A stretch of 63,987 nt of DNA, counting the filler, from Licmophora abbreviata (taxonomy: Eukaryota), in NCBI GenBank assembly GCA_900291995.1. It is 12 parts of 12 records of this genome, joined end to end, with 100 filler letters (N's around TTAATTAATTAA, not from the genome) between each part and the next. Parts side by side here need not be neighbours in the genome. Positions count along the whole stretch, not along the records: positions 1 to 8,296 come from OLMU01004110.1; positions 8,397 to 14,331 come from OLMU01004112.1; 10 more parts are not named here. The stretch is one strand, 5' to 3'. The position numbers were made by a program, and so were the translations under genes. How positions within the stretch are numbered: the stretch's first letter is position 1; every line of letters starts with the position of its first letter. The notes under the pieces were generated by a model. That model saw nothing but the letters and a program-made list of their open reading frames with translations, did not search any database and was not told the origin of the DNA. Of the stretch, positions 1 to 11,642 are shown piece by piece.

Positions 1-34
1 ATATCTTGTATATTCTTATTGTTTCCCCTTGCAG

Positions 35-332
35 AACGGTTCCTATCACGACCATGACGCTTCCCTTCTGCTTGGCGACGCTTCCGATCCTCATTGCCCT
101 GGGCGGAGAGACGGCAGTATTTGGAGAAAGCGTGACATTGATTCCTCCGTCGGAACTCAGTACACCGGAACTGTACCTGGCGGCGAACGCACCACCGATG
201 GAAGAGGAGGAAAAGGCCGAAATGGGTGCCAAGACGAAATCGGGGGATACGCTCACCAGCGATTTAGACGAACCTACCGAGGAAACTCCCTTAATGAGTG
301 CCGCCGAGGAGGAAAGTGAAATGACGGCGTAG
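35..332 (+). CDS. Last exon of a probable urea transporter (UT/SLC14 family); 5' part lies outside the window
   Basis: Pyrimidine-rich acceptor (ttgcag ending at 34). Translation TMTLPFCLATLPILI...LIPPSELSTPE resembles the UT C-terminal signature TxPFCLAT...TxPE, followed by an acidic tail. Confidence 0.6.
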
Positions 333-1004
333 ACAGTTTTGTTTGGACTGGGACGCAGAAATGAACTCACAAGAGAAACTAATTTATCATTGAATGTGTG
401 ATGCTGCATGTTGGATTGCTGCGAGCCTGAACGATAATCATAGAACAGCCTGCGCACCCACCCGTTGCCACGTCTCCGTATCGTATCATAGCATACATTA
501 CCACAAATATCATACACGGAGGTACACATCCAGCGCCGCCAGCATAGGCATCTCTGTAAACTAGAACTAGATTGGCGCGGAAGCTACGACACAGTGCCTG
601 CATGGTCGCCATAATGCAATGCATGTAGGAGCTACCTGGTATGCCGGGTGCATGGTACCGGTTTGTTAGACGACAGACGAGGCAAGTCGAGTCTCCCCGT
701 TTCGTTTGTAGTTCGGAGATCGTTCACAACAATAAAGAAAATGGGTTAGTTTCGAATACAGAAAAGGAAAAGACTTTTGTAGTACACGAAGATTCGCCCC
801 AGATTCGATCCGTCTCTCGTCACAGCCAGTAGCGCTGCGCCAACGCTTGCAGTTCACAACTTCACCCCGAACGAGAGCGACACCAGCTGTCGCTTCTGAC
901 TCTGTGTCTTGTGGCACTCTCAAGGAAGCCAGCTCACCGAGGATTGTATAGTTTGGAGTTTAAGGTTGCAAAGGAGAGTGATTCTGAGATTCAACCTCGA
1001 AAAA

Positions 1005-1484
1005 ATGAGAATTCGGACGATGCCGTCGCCACGAAGACGCCGACAAGACGACGGAGCCGCCACTCCATTTGCCCAAGCCGCCCAGGATGACGCTCAACTT
1101 CGCGACGGAGCCGAAGAATCCTCCAACAAGAGTAAAAACATGACTTTCATGGGTCGATTTATGGTGTTCTTCGTGTTTCCTTTAAGTACTGGTATCTGCG
1201 GCTTGATCATCGGGTACATTCAGACGAAGCGGGATGACGAGCGCAAGTTAGACTTTGATATTGATTTCATCTTTCCGTTTCTCTGCTCATTGTCGATTGG
1301 TGTCGTTGTGGCAATTCAAACCAAGGGTTTCACAACGGCACCGGCTCCCTTTCTGGTGTGGCCCAAGGTGCGGCGAAAACGGAAAATTTTGCGGAAGCGT
1401 ATCGTCGTACCCGATCCGGATGAAGGCGAAGAACATGTGGATGAGGAGGAGGATGAACCGATGCCAGACAAGAAGAACGATTAG
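1005..1484 (+). CDS. Hypothetical two-TM membrane protein
   Basis: ORF from ATG 1005 (or 1020). Two hydrophobic segments (FMVFFVFPLSTGICGLIIGY; FIFPFLCSLSIGVVVAI), a basic KVRRKRKILRKR patch and an acidic tail. Confidence 0.6.
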   Translation: MRIRTMPSPRRRRQDDGAATPFAQAAQDDAQLRDGAEESSNKSKNMTFMGRFMVFFVFPLSTGICGLIIGYIQTKRDDERKLDFDIDFIFPFLCSLSIGVVVAIQTKGFTTAPAPFLVWPKVRRKRKILRKRIVVPDPDEGEEHVDEEEDEPMPDKKND

Positions 1485-1747
1485 ACGTAGGGGTGTATCT
1501 GTAAAGCTATCTCGCGATGCTGGCTCTCTATCGTGCTATCCTAAGTCATGGACTTGATCTGTTGCCTTCCCTTTTGATTCATTCGTCGATGTTCATATCA
1601 TTCATGCGTGCAATTGAGTCGCTCTAGTTCGTTGGTTTGCCTTATATACGCGCATTATCAATACTATAACGCCAGCGTTCCACCCTCATCCAGTCAAATC
1701 TGTTCCATCTAGTGACTTCCGTTTGCAAACGGCACATAAAACCTACT

Positions 1748-2969
1748 CTACGAGAAGATCAGTTCACTTCCTGCCTTCTCGTGCTTGTGCATGAATTCAC
1801 CGACTCCACCACATGCTTCCACTTCGCTTTTATTCCATCCAAGTTCACTACAGACCTTGTCCAAGCTATCTGTAATGACAAACTTCTTTTGCGTTCGTTC
1901 GTTGACAAAACTCAAGAGCATCTTGGACGTGTACGCCACCGTCTTGCTCACCGGGTACATGACCATCTTGTGAAGCGTCTCTGGGTAATTCGGCTCGAAG
2001 GTTTGATAGATTTGTTTCAGAATATCGACACGAAAGCCACTTCCAATCTTGACTCCCGATAAGTCGATAAACTGACACGTCTTGGGATGACGCGGATCCT
2101 GAGCACGCGACAACATCATTTCAGTAAAAATCAGAAAGGCTTGCACAACATGTTCGACATCGCTATTGCTCTCCTCAAGTCCTTGCAACTTAGCATAATT
2201 GACATAGACAGTTGGATAGTGATCAGGATCTTCAATGTCAACCTCCGAAACTGCCTTGAGTTTGAGAATGTGCTGAAGACCATCATCGGTGAGGTCAATA
2301 GGAAAGGTCGTTTCGCGCCACTGTTCGTGTTGCTGAATCATGCCCATGGCAGCCGGAACATCCATATCCCGAGCCGCCAAGAATCGCTGCCAGGAACAGG
2401 GACGTGCATCCCACCCATATCGCTCGAGGGAAAGCAAGAGTGGAGGTTCTCCCGAGAGGGCCTTGACTTGCTTGATTTTGGCCAAGAGCGCCTTGTAGTT
2501 TTCACCTGCCGATTCGTGCAGGACGCGCCCCCTGTCCTTGGAAGCTTCACCGTTCTCTTGTGTAATGGTAGTACCTTCTAGCTGAATCGTGATATCCTCG
2601 ACTTCGTCGTCATTGTAGTCTGGAGCAAAGCGACGAAAGCCCTGGCCGTTGACGGCGACAATGCAGTCGGCAATCTGGACGCCAGCCTTCTTGGCGACTG
2701 TATCGCCCTCGATCAGCCGACCGACCGTAGCGTAGGAGGGAATGAACATTTCTTCCGTCTGGCCCTGCGACAACGAGGTGGAACGGCATGAGGAATGAGA
2801 AACGGAACGCTGCAGGCGCTATGTACAGGTGTGGTCAAGTCACTTTGAAACTTACCTTGTCGCAATTGTTCAATTGCGCGCCGAGGCTAGCGCTGGGATC
2901 ACTTTGGAACGTAATTGACAGTAGCTTGGGCTTGTCCGACGACGTAGATTGGAAGATAGGCGAAACCAT
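1748..2969 (-). CDS. PDZ-like + CRAL-TRIO (Sec14-like) lipid-binding protein; exons 2969-2856 and 2764-1748
   Basis: The phase-0 GTAAG...CAG intron (2855-2765) joins SLGAQLNNCDK to GQTEE. PDZ-like VAKKAGVQIADCIVAVNG, CRAL-TRIO N-terminal RFLAARDMDVPAAMGMI and FIDLSG...NYPETLHKM...RTQKKF. Confidence 0.8.
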
Positions 2970-3168
2970 TGTGATTTTAGGGCCAAATAGAGAGACTGGC
3001 GATGACGAGAAGGACGGCAGCAGCAATGCAGTGTCGTGTCGGTCATCGTCAGATCCGATTTGATTTGATTTGGCCGCACATCCATCCGTTGAGTTTGACT
3101 GCTTCGACTAAAATGAAGCGGAAGTCCTGTGGACGGGTGACTACCAGACCGTATGTGTTGAAGTATGG

Positions 3169-3198
3169 CTGAAATCTGAAATCTGAAATCTGAAATCT
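3169..3198. repeat. Tandem heptamer (CTGAAAT)x4 in a divergent promoter
   Basis: ctgaaatctgaaatctgaaatctgaaatct read directly, between two head-to-head genes. Confidence 0.9.
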
Positions 3199-3308
3199 TT
3201 CAGCTGTTAATGCCAACTTGACACAACTGCATCGTGTGAACGCTGGGAGAGACGGTCACATCTTTCATTCTCATTCAATTGTAGTTTGATTGCCTCACTT
3301 GCACAACA

Positions 3309-3935
3309 ATGAGCAATCTCAGACTGTGCGGATCGCTCGTCCTGATAGCCTTGGCTTTCTTTCAGGAGAATGCGGCATCGTTCTTGATCCAGCCGACGAC
3401 GACACACCGAATCGGGACTCGATATCATCCATCGGCGATGCAGCAACGACAACAACACAGACTGGTAGAGCGCCTGTCCGCGGAGCCTACCAGTGCGGAG
3501 AGTAGTGGTGAAGAAGAAGATAGTCTAAAGTCACCCGTCACTCCTCCTGCTGCAGCTCCCCGTCCCCCAAAACGAACACTCGACCCACTGATTGCCAGTT
3601 TGACCCGCATGGACGCGGATACGGAAAACGCCAAGACCGTTTCGGCACCAGTCTTTGGAGAGATCCCACTCGATGGAGGATTGGTCGTTTTGATTCCGGC
3701 GATAGTGATTGGGGTCGTCGGATTCGTTATGAGCTTGGTGGTCATTGCCAACTCCCAAGATGCCATTGTCGATTCGCTCACGCAGCTCAGTGACGATGTG
3801 AATTCGGCTGCTGTTGCCAAGACCAATAGTGTGCCGTTGAATGGTGATGAGTGTCGGGGGCTGTGTAGCTCGCAAGAAACGGATTTACAGAATCTCAAGG
3901 TCTTTATGGAAGGCCTTGGGGGTGGTGGCAAGTGA
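3309..3935 (+). CDS. Plastid-targeted single-TM hypothetical protein
   Basis: Signal peptide ending NAAS|F followed by a Ser/Thr/Arg-rich transit-like region (bipartite presequence), one TM (LVVLIPAIVIGVVGFVMSLVVI) and a C-terminal CRGLCS motif. Confidence 0.7.
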   Translation: MSNLRLCGSLVLIALAFFQENAASFLIQPTTTHRIGTRYHPSAMQQRQQHRLVERLSAEPTSAESSGEEEDSLKSPVTPPAAAPRPPKRTLDPLIASLTRMDADTENAKTVSAPVFGEIPLDGGLVVLIPAIVIGVVGFVMSLVVIANSQDAIVDSLTQLSDDVNSAAVAKTNSVPLNGDECRGLCSSQETDLQNLKVFMEGLGGGGK

Positions 3936-4312
3936 AACGAATAGAGAGAACACAGCTTAACTTTTCCACTTTCTATCGAGTATTGAGACGAGACAACATT
4001 TCATTTCACAGTAGCAAGACGTCAGTAGCATATTGAATGCCGGTATCATCCGTGAACCTGAATGATTTTCTCGGTTCGTCGTGAAAAGACGAGTCAAGTC
4101 TCAGTCATGAGTCAGTCGCCGACGAGTTGAAACTGCAAAAAGTGATGGCGCGCCCTAAAATAAGGCCTAACATTTGAATTTTGACAATGACCACATAACG
4201 ACGGCGACCTCGACGATGGTACACAACAACAACTGAGACATCAGACGACCCAACGCCGATCACCCCCAGCGCAGTGGCGCCTCCTACACATTTCCATAGA
4301 AATAGTCTGTCA

Positions 4313-5482
4313 ATGTCGACGAATGTGTTCTCTGCTCAAAGTCGTTCTGTGTATGCGATTGGAATCGTCTGCATAGTCTCGTTCTTCACTCCACTCTATG
4401 TCTCCAGGACTCTTCTGGCGCCATCATCATCAACCATCACCGACGCTACCTTCCTAGAGGACAAACCACCGACTCGATGGGCCCGCGTCTACAGCCAGTG
4501 GTCCAATAGCAATGACAACACCACGTACGACTGGTGCGTCGAGGAAAACCGCACTTCTGCCGATGGCATTTACTATGCCAAACTTCCAAAGTCTGCCTCG
4601 TCCACGCTGACGGGCATTGCGCTCCGACTGGCACACAACATACCGAGTCGCACGACTGACACACCGCACAGAGTGTATGGCCCTTGCCAAGCCTTCGTCG
4701 AACATGGGAAGCCTCTATCTTTTCAAGAACAAGAACGAGTACGAAACAAGTCCCGGTCGATTCTTTGGACGTTGGTTAGACATCCGCGGAAACGAGCCAT
4801 GAGTCATGTCTTCTTTAGCGACGTGAGTCGGAGAAGCATCAAACCGACGGATAAATTCATGCTGCAACAATTGCCCCGCTACAAGAGTTACACTACGAAC
4901 TTTATGATTACCAGCAAGGGATTCAGATCTGTCACGCACAACACGACCGAGGCCTTGGAAACCATGGATCTCATCTTTGATCACTACGATTTCATTGGTA
5001 TTGTAGAAGGTACCCACGAGTCCTTGGTGGTACTGAAGATGTTGTATCATTTGGACTTTGGGGATCTCCTCTACGTGTCGTCCAAGGTCACTGGTGGGTA
5101 TGATGATGGCCAAACAAACGCAGGCTGTGTCAAAATTCAGCAGGCGTTTGAGTCGCCAGCGGTAAAAGCATACTTGGACTCCAAGAATTGGACAACAGAC
5201 AATTGGGACTACCCCGTATACAAAGCAGCAAATAAGAGTTTGGACATGACCATCGACTCATTGGGACGAGAGAAAGTGGAAGAGCAGGTTCGACAATATC
5301 GGGACATCTTGAAGCGAGCGCAGGAAGACTGCAACGACAAAGCCTTCTTTCCATGTTCGGCGACAGGTGAAAGGCAGGTCAGGCCATCGATGCGATCCTG
5401 CTATCGACGAGACTACGGATGTGGATACGCTTGTCTCGACGCATTCTGGTCAAGAGAGAAAAGAAACATGACGATATCATAA
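4313..5482 (+). CDS. Golgi-type sulfotransferase (Gal-3-O-sulfotransferase-like)
   Basis: N-terminal signal anchor, 5'-PSB motif YYAKLPKSASSTL, 3'-PB motif TLVRHPRKRAMS, YDFIGIVE..ESLVVL, and a Cys-rich C-terminus. Confidence 0.8.
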   Translation: MSTNVFSAQSRSVYAIGIVCIVSFFTPLYVSRTLLAPSSSTITDATFLEDKPPTRWARVYSQWSNSNDNTTYDWCVEENRTSADGIYYAKLPKSASSTLTGIALRLAHNIPSRTTDTPHRVYGPCQAFVEHGKPLSFQEQERVRNKSRSILWTLVRHPRKRAMSHVFFSDVSRRSIKPTDKFMLQQLPRYKSYTTNFMITSKGFRSVTHNTTEALETMDLIFDHYDFIGIVEGTHESLVVLKMLYHLDFGDLLYVSSKVTGGYDDGQTNAGCVKIQQAFESPAVKAYLDSKNWTTDNWDYPVYKAANKSLDMTIDSLGREKVEEQVRQYRDILKRAQEDCNDKAFFPCSATGERQVRPSMRSCYRRDYGCGYACLDAFWSREKRNMTIS

Positions 5483-5561
5483 ATGGGCGTCTGCGCAACA
5501 AACGCATTGCATACTCGAACAGAACTTTGTAAACTTATAATAACAACTACGTACAAGACAG

Positions 5562-8171
5562 TCATAATTCCTTTGTCGCTTCCACCAGACAATTTGGCTC
5601 TGTCTGAGTACCTTCGTCGGTACACCTCGATTGAGAATGACTAGTGTGCATCCCCTCTTCAGTCGACCGGCCAGAGGATAACCCAGACACTCGAACTTGA
5701 CCTGGAGGTACACCACGGGTGGGGCCCCGGGCAGCATCGCCACGATAGAAAACATACACTTTCGGACCAAAGATAAGACATAGCGTGCTGGTTGGAAAGG
5801 TCCATATGACGAGTGAATATCCAATGTATCTGGCGTCGGTCGAAACGTCACGGAGCAGAGGAATCAAGGGAACAGCGAACAGAAGTACCTCAAGTTGAAT
5901 CAGAATCATCACAAAGATCCATCGCGACTCGGAGAATGTGTCGTCGATATCCTTCGTCTTCCAGGCCATGTAGAACGTCAAGAGAGTCGGTATCAGCACA
6001 ATCACTACCAGAGGAACGATAAACGCGACGCCATACTCTGAACTGCACTCCCCGATGCTTTCACCGGTGATAGGGTTGAGTTCGTTCCGATTCCATTCCA
6101 AACTATCCAAACCTGTCCAAAGGCCGAGGACTAGGAGAGCCAGTGCTACCAGAATCGCGGAAGGCCATGCAACGTGCGCGACGTCAACTTTCCGACGAAC
6201 AAATTGCAGCACACGATTGATGCGCCACAATTTGCTGAAAAGAGCACCGTAGGTGATGATATGGCCGAGCGAGGCTAGCCATGGTGTAGCCATACAGGCC
6301 CGGCTGAGTTGTTCTTCGGACCACCCGTAGCTTTCGTCAAACGAAAGTGTCAGAATGGCAGCCACTTGAACAGCAGACCCAAGGCAGATAACATATAGAA
6401 AATCTGGTTGCGAAGCTTTGATGATTCGATGCTTTCGGTGAGCAAAGACCCATATTGCAGACACGAATGCCGTTAGCATCGCGATCCCGACAAGAATGAA
6501 CCCAAGGGTCCGAATGCTGCCACTAAGGTAGTTCATCTCCGGTTCGTCCCGCAAGAGGTCCGGTGGAACCGTACGACCGTCAGCAAATATTGCGTCTGAG
6601 ATAGAAAGAAAACCATAGAATGGCTCACTGGGATCGGGCGGAGGGATGAAATCAAAGAGGAGAGAACCATTCGGAAATATGAAGTCAGTGGACACGTCTG
6701 GAATGTAGAACAAGTCCGCAAGCTCCCACGGTACTATTCCTGTTCCCGGTGGATAGTTGTTAAGAAAGCCCCATATTGTCGTTGACGGGTCCCGAGCCCC
6801 CTGCAGTTCACACTCCTCAGGATCGCAAAATCGAATCACTCCTGTAGCACCCGTGAAATTTACGGACCGAATGCCTTGAACAAATGGTTCGACGGGCACA
6901 TTTTCCACACCAGTATCATTGTTCTCCGCAGCCAGAGCCAAACATGCCCCCATCCCCGTAGACATGACGGCGTCGTAAATGTAAGCAGAACCATACTCTG
7001 GCTGGCGAGTCTGAAAGTAGTCATTTTCTGCGAAAAAGTAGCCCGGCTGGCCGGGGCTCTTGGGATTGGCTTGATTGAGGCGCTCCACCTCCGACGGCCC
7101 TTGGCTGTGCCAAGCGCGCGCGAAAGGATCCCTTGATACACCAGAAGGGTGGTACGTAACGTCGTAACTATCAAGATGATATCCTTCAAAGGGAGGCATG
7201 AACACACTTCCTGCAAGGAAGTCGCGCACCACAGGGTCATTGTTGCCGATCATCGGATCAAAGTCTCCAAACCAAATCCACAAGTAATCGCCATTTGTAA
7301 GTCCCAAGTCTGTAGCCACCTTGGCCAGGAGAGGGATTTCGTTGGTAGGTAGTTCGGGAGCAACGACAATCGTACGATACCCAGAATCAAGTACTCCTTG
7401 AAGAGCCGTTTCCATTGTTCTCTGTTTGCTAGTCGCGGGACTGCGAAGTGGAGAATTGAATGCAAAGGCACGGTTTTTAATACCGTACTCGTCCAGCACG
7501 ATCGACACCGTCTCTTGTCGATAAAGCCCAGTCTCGGTTAATGAGTAGACAAAGGCAACAAAGTCGGTCCGACCCAGATAGCTAAGATAGTAGGTCAAGA
7601 CTGTGGCATGGGTAATGAGATCTGGAAACACTTGCGACGTGTAGGGAGACGCGTGATCTGCGAGGCTTCTAATGCTAAACGAGCGATGCGCTGTGACTGG
7701 AAACTTGAAAGCAGCAGCTAGTATCGATAGCTCCGAGGTGGGACCATCATGAAACGGGCCTGCTACGGCACACGGAAGTTCTGGCTGCGACACGAGAGTC
7801 TCGGCTGCGAGATGTGTGTAGGTTCCGGTATCAAAAATTGCTGATTTCGCCATGTCGAACTGTACAGAACAGTCGCGAAACTGTTCTAGTTCCGGGACGA
7901 CTGTAGTGTTTCGAGAGTTGAAGTGATCTATAGCCATGAGGGCCGCTGCGGCGTGCGACAAGCCCATATTGTTGCACTCGTCGCAAACGTAGGAGTTGTA
8001 CGACTCATTTCCGAATGTGAAAGGAACAAAAGTATAGAGAGAGCACAGTCCATTGGCCGGCAAGCTTGCTTGACTGACTGAGACAATCGCTGAAAATAAT
8101 ACCACTACCGGGGCGACCAGGGACGAGACTGGATTCTTCGCCTCCATGCGGCTGCGTCGTCGACGCATCAT
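5562..8171 (-). CDS. Class C (GABA-B-like) GPCR: periplasmic-binding/Venus flytrap domain + 7TM_3
   Basis: Signal peptide, AALMAIDHFN, YIYDAVMS..., FTGATGVIRF. The 7TM region has IIKASQPDFL, CMATPW, YGALFSKLWR, AWKTKDI..FSESR and IFGPK. Single uninterrupted ORF. Confidence 0.9.
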   Translation of the reverse strand: MMRRRRSRMEAKNPVSSLVAPVVVLFSAIVSVSQASLPANGLCSLYTFVPFTFGNESYNSYVCDECNNMGLSHAAAALMAIDHFNSRNTTVVPELEQFRDCSVQFDMAKSAIFDTGTYTHLAAETLVSQPELPCAVAGPFHDGPTSELSILAAAFKFPVTAHRSFSIRSLADHASPYTSQVFPDLITHATVLTYYLSYLGRTDFVAFVYSLTETGLYRQETVSIVLDEYGIKNRAFAFNSPLRSPATSKQRTMETALQGVLDSGYRTIVVAPELPTNEIPLLAKVATDLGLTNGDYLWIWFGDFDPMIGNNDPVVRDFLAGSVFMPPFEGYHLDSYDVTYHPSGVSRDPFARAWHSQGPSEVERLNQANPKSPGQPGYFFAENDYFQTRQPEYGSAYIYDAVMSTGMGACLALAAENNDTGVENVPVEPFVQGIRSVNFTGATGVIRFCDPEECELQGARDPSTTIWGFLNNYPPGTGIVPWELADLFYIPDVSTDFIFPNGSLLFDFIPPPDPSEPFYGFLSISDAIFADGRTVPPDLLRDEPEMNYLSGSIRTLGFILVGIAMLTAFVSAIWVFAHRKHRIIKASQPDFLYVICLGSAVQVAAILTLSFDESYGWSEEQLSRACMATPWLASLGHIITYGALFSKLWRINRVLQFVRRKVDVAHVAWPSAILVALALLVLGLWTGLDSLEWNRNELNPITGESIGECSSEYGVAFIVPLVVIVLIPTLLTFYMAWKTKDIDDTFSESRWIFVMILIQLEVLLFAVPLIPLLRDVSTDARYIGYSLVIWTFPTSTLCLIFGPKVYVFYRGDAARGPTRGVPPGQVRVSGLSSGRSTEEGMHTSHSQSRCTDEGTQTEPNCLVEATKEL

Positions 8172-8296
8172 CGTCAAATTCCAAATTCAGATTGCTGTTT
8201 GTGTGTGTCGGTTCTCTCGTCGCGTCGCCGAATTGGAGTCGACTGAGTCGATTCTAGTCACTGTTGAGTCCGGTCACGAGTGAACAAGGGCGAATC

Positions 8297-8396
8297 NNNN
8301 NNNNNNNNNNNNNNNNNNNNNNNNNNNNNNNNNNNNNNNNTTAATTAATTAANNNNNNNNNNNNNNNNNNNNNNNNNNNNNNNNNNNNNNNNNNNN
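8297..8396. other. Assembly gap spacer N44-TTAATTAATTAA-N44. Also at 14332, 18266, 20142, 25868, 50758, 56082, 58009, 60126, 61769 and 62882
   Basis: An identical 100-nt spacer with stops in all six frames occurs 11 times, so it is artificial. Confidence 0.98.
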
Positions 8397-8614
8397 TTTC
8401 ACGTAGAACGTGTACCAGGTGCAAGGCAAACGCGAGCTCTGTGACCCAAACCACTCACGAGTTGGGAGACCTCGAGCAGCGCGCACGCTCTGCAACAACA
8501 AAATCAATCTTCCGAGTCGCCTGGGGAAGCTAAACACAAAAAGCACTCATAACAACACCAATCTTCCAAACTACAACTCACTGCGCATGTTGTACAGTAT
8601 TGTTGCTGATCACC

Positions 8615-11140
8615 ATGCCGACGGTTGCCTTCGCTACTGATGCCGAAGGGGCTATAGTCACTAGTACTACTAGCAGTGATGGTCCCAACAGCAGCGCTCA
8701 TCCTCCTAGTATCAGTCTCCGAGACTCCCAACGAAGCACGGGAAGTTGCGGCAGCAGTGGCGCCAAGAGTCGCAGCCTCCGGGGGAATCTCACCCGTCAG
8801 CATCGCGGTCGCGATCCCCTGGACTTTTACGACATTCAGAAACTCTTGGGCCAGGGCAGCATGGGCATCGTCGCGACGGTTCGAAAAAAGGAACACACCG
8901 TCGGACTGTCGGCGCGCTACAATATTGACGAGCGACGACGGGTGCAAGAAAAAATCGATGCCTGCTTCCAGTTTCCCATTCTCGGTGGTCTCTTTCAACA
9001 TTGTTTCAAGGGACAAGCGGACGCCATGTTGGAAGAAGCGAGTATGATGACGCCGCGTAAGGACGATGATGTCACTGCAAGTACCACGACGTCTGCCGTG
9101 TTCTCGTCGTCGACGACCAGTGAAATTGTGTATGCCATGAAGTCGATTCATCTCAAATTCGTCACGGATCAGACCTTCGTCAAGGAACTTGAGAATGAGA
9201 TTGCAGTTCTCAAGACGCTCGATCATCCACACATTATCAAGATCTTTGAAACCTTCAATTACAACAAACAGATCTTTGTCGTGATGGAACTCTCGTCGGG
9301 TGGAGACTTGTATGCCCGAGACCCCTACACCGAAGACGAGGCGGCGCGGATTGCAACTTCGATTCTGACTGCGGTATCCTACATGCATTCGAGAGGAGTG
9401 TAAGTCATGTCTGTCTTCCGCTTGTGTGAATGGTGTGGACGGAGCTTGTCCGTGACTGACATCGTTCCTTCTCTTCCCCTTTACGCTCGTGTAGTATCCA
9501 CCGAGATCTCAAGTACGAGAACATACTTTTCGTCAACGATTCACCCAAGGCGCCCATCAAAATCATTGATTTTGGATTGAGTCTGGAGATTGTTGGACAC
9601 GAAAAATTGACAGAAATTGGAGGGACTGTGAGTACTTCCATCCTCTTCTCTTGTTAGGCTTCGCCTTCCACTCACCCTGTCCTCATCTGCTCCCAATTGT
9701 TGTGTTATTATTACTTAGGTCTACACCATGGCACCCGAGGTTCTAAAGGGGGGATACAGCAAACCAGCTGACATGTGGTCGGTCGGTGTCGTTGCATATA
9801 TGCTCATGTCTAGCCAGATGCCCTTCTTTGGAAAGTCCCGACGAGAAGTGGTCGATCGGGTGCTAAGTGGGTACGGTCACTATGCTGTAAAAGCCCTTGA
9901 GTGCAAGTTCATGTTTCAGTCGATGGTCTGACGTTCGAAACTGTGTTCTCGCTTCCGACAGGGAATATGATTTTAAGGGCAGGAGGTGGAAGGGTATTTC
10001 GAATCAAGGCAAGACGTTTGTGGACGATTTACTCGTGATGGACTCGCAGGATCGTGCTACAGCGGACGAAGCTTTGAAATCATCTTGGTTGCATCGTCGA
10101 CACAGTGCAACGGTTCGAAGCCCTCACGCGGGAGAGCTGGAGAATGTAAAGAAGAGCATACAACGATATGTGAACTATCCCAAGTTGCGCAAGCTCTCGT
10201 TGATGGTGATTGCGGTAAGTATATGTACGTGCGAAACTTGCTAGACGCTTTCGTCGGAGTTCGTCTGACTTGTTTGTTGTCACTGGAAATTGCAGCACAA
10301 GTCGACGACCGAGGAAATCGGCATTTTACGAAAAGTCTTTCACCACTACGACACCGATCGAACTGGTCAGTTGAATTTCGAGGCGTTCAAGCGCGCTTTG
10401 AATGACGCCGGGTTCACCGAAGAGGACTATCAAGACGTTTTCGACGCAGTAGACATTGATGGAACCGGTCTCATTCGCTATACTGAATTTCTTGCGGCCA
10501 CCATGGAGGCAGCGGGATGGATTAGTGAGGAACGCTTGGCCGAGGCGTTCGATCGCGTAGATCACGACAACTCAGGGTGAGGGTGATTCGGCCGCAATCT
10601 CGAATGATTATTTCGCTCGTCTGTCGCACCATTGCACTCTGCTCACTACACTGTCGCCTTGTGTTTTCTTCTCAGACATATAACCAAATCAAACCTTCGC
10701 TACCTGTTTGGATCGGAATTTCCGGAGGACGAAATCGATTCCATCATGGACGAGGCAGCAGACGATGAGAGAGGGATTTCGTATGCCGCCTTTTTGGCTC
10801 AATGGTATGCGCATCGTCATGGCACTTCAACGCAGTGTGAATTGTATCAGTCGCTTACCTATTTCCCGATTCACGCTTGATTTTGTTTAGGAACGACGAC
10901 AAGGATGAGTTTGAACGCAATTGGCGGAAGCATATGCTTTCTGAGGTAGTAGTGGACGATTCCAGAGACGTCGACGTGAGTGACGATGTGGTCAGTGAAC
11001 TTTCGTTCAACGAGGATTCGGAATCTGGTGATCCAGCAAGACTGAATTTTATTGAAGGAAAGAGTCTCTCAGTTCGCAAGAAGCTTGATTTGACAGCAGA
11101 GCCAGTGATTAAGGAAAGCGATGAGAGCGTGGGGGGTTGA
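8615..11140 (+). CDS. Calcium-dependent protein kinase (CDPK-like); exons 8615-9399, 9495-9627, 9719-9870, 9962-10214, 10296-10576, 10676-10804, 10891-11140
   Basis: LGQGSMG, AMK, HRDLK, DFG and YTMAPE assemble in frame across six GT-AG introns. EF-hands DTDRTGQLNFEAF, DIDGTGLIRYTEF and DHDNSGHI follow. Confidence 0.9.
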
Positions 11141-11642
11141 AGAATGTAACTCTTCTTTGATATAACTTTGCCATCCCCGACGATTCTTCCCCATCCGATT
11201 TGAAGGTGGAGGCGAACCCAGCAACAATCATGGCGTGTACTCGGAGTAGTATGCATTGTACACTAATTCAATAGTAAGAGCTGTAAAAGCACACTGGTCT
11301 TGGGCAGCGAAGTGTATCGGAGGTCCTCTCTTGGAACTGCCTGGTCGTAGGTACTGGTACCGGTGCCGGTTTAAGGAGGCATCACTTTTGTGTCGTGTAA
11401 GCGCCGCCACGAATGGAATCAATCGAATCACGAACGCATGTGTGATCTATGACGTGGCAGTACCGTGTTTAATGCGATCCTCCGCCGGCATCTGAAATCC
11501 GCGTTCATCGTTTCAATCGTCATTTGTCATTTCTCTTTTTTCCCGAACTATACTATACTAGGCTACGGACCACGACGAATCAATCCTGCGCTCCAAGACA
11601 GTCAATCAGGTCTTCTCAACGCTTCTATATCACTCTCCCAAC

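Noticed and set aside
8341..8352. Repeated TTAATTAATTAA as a CRISPR-like or biological repeat
   Set aside because: It is always centred in N runs and is an artificial six-frame-stop linker.
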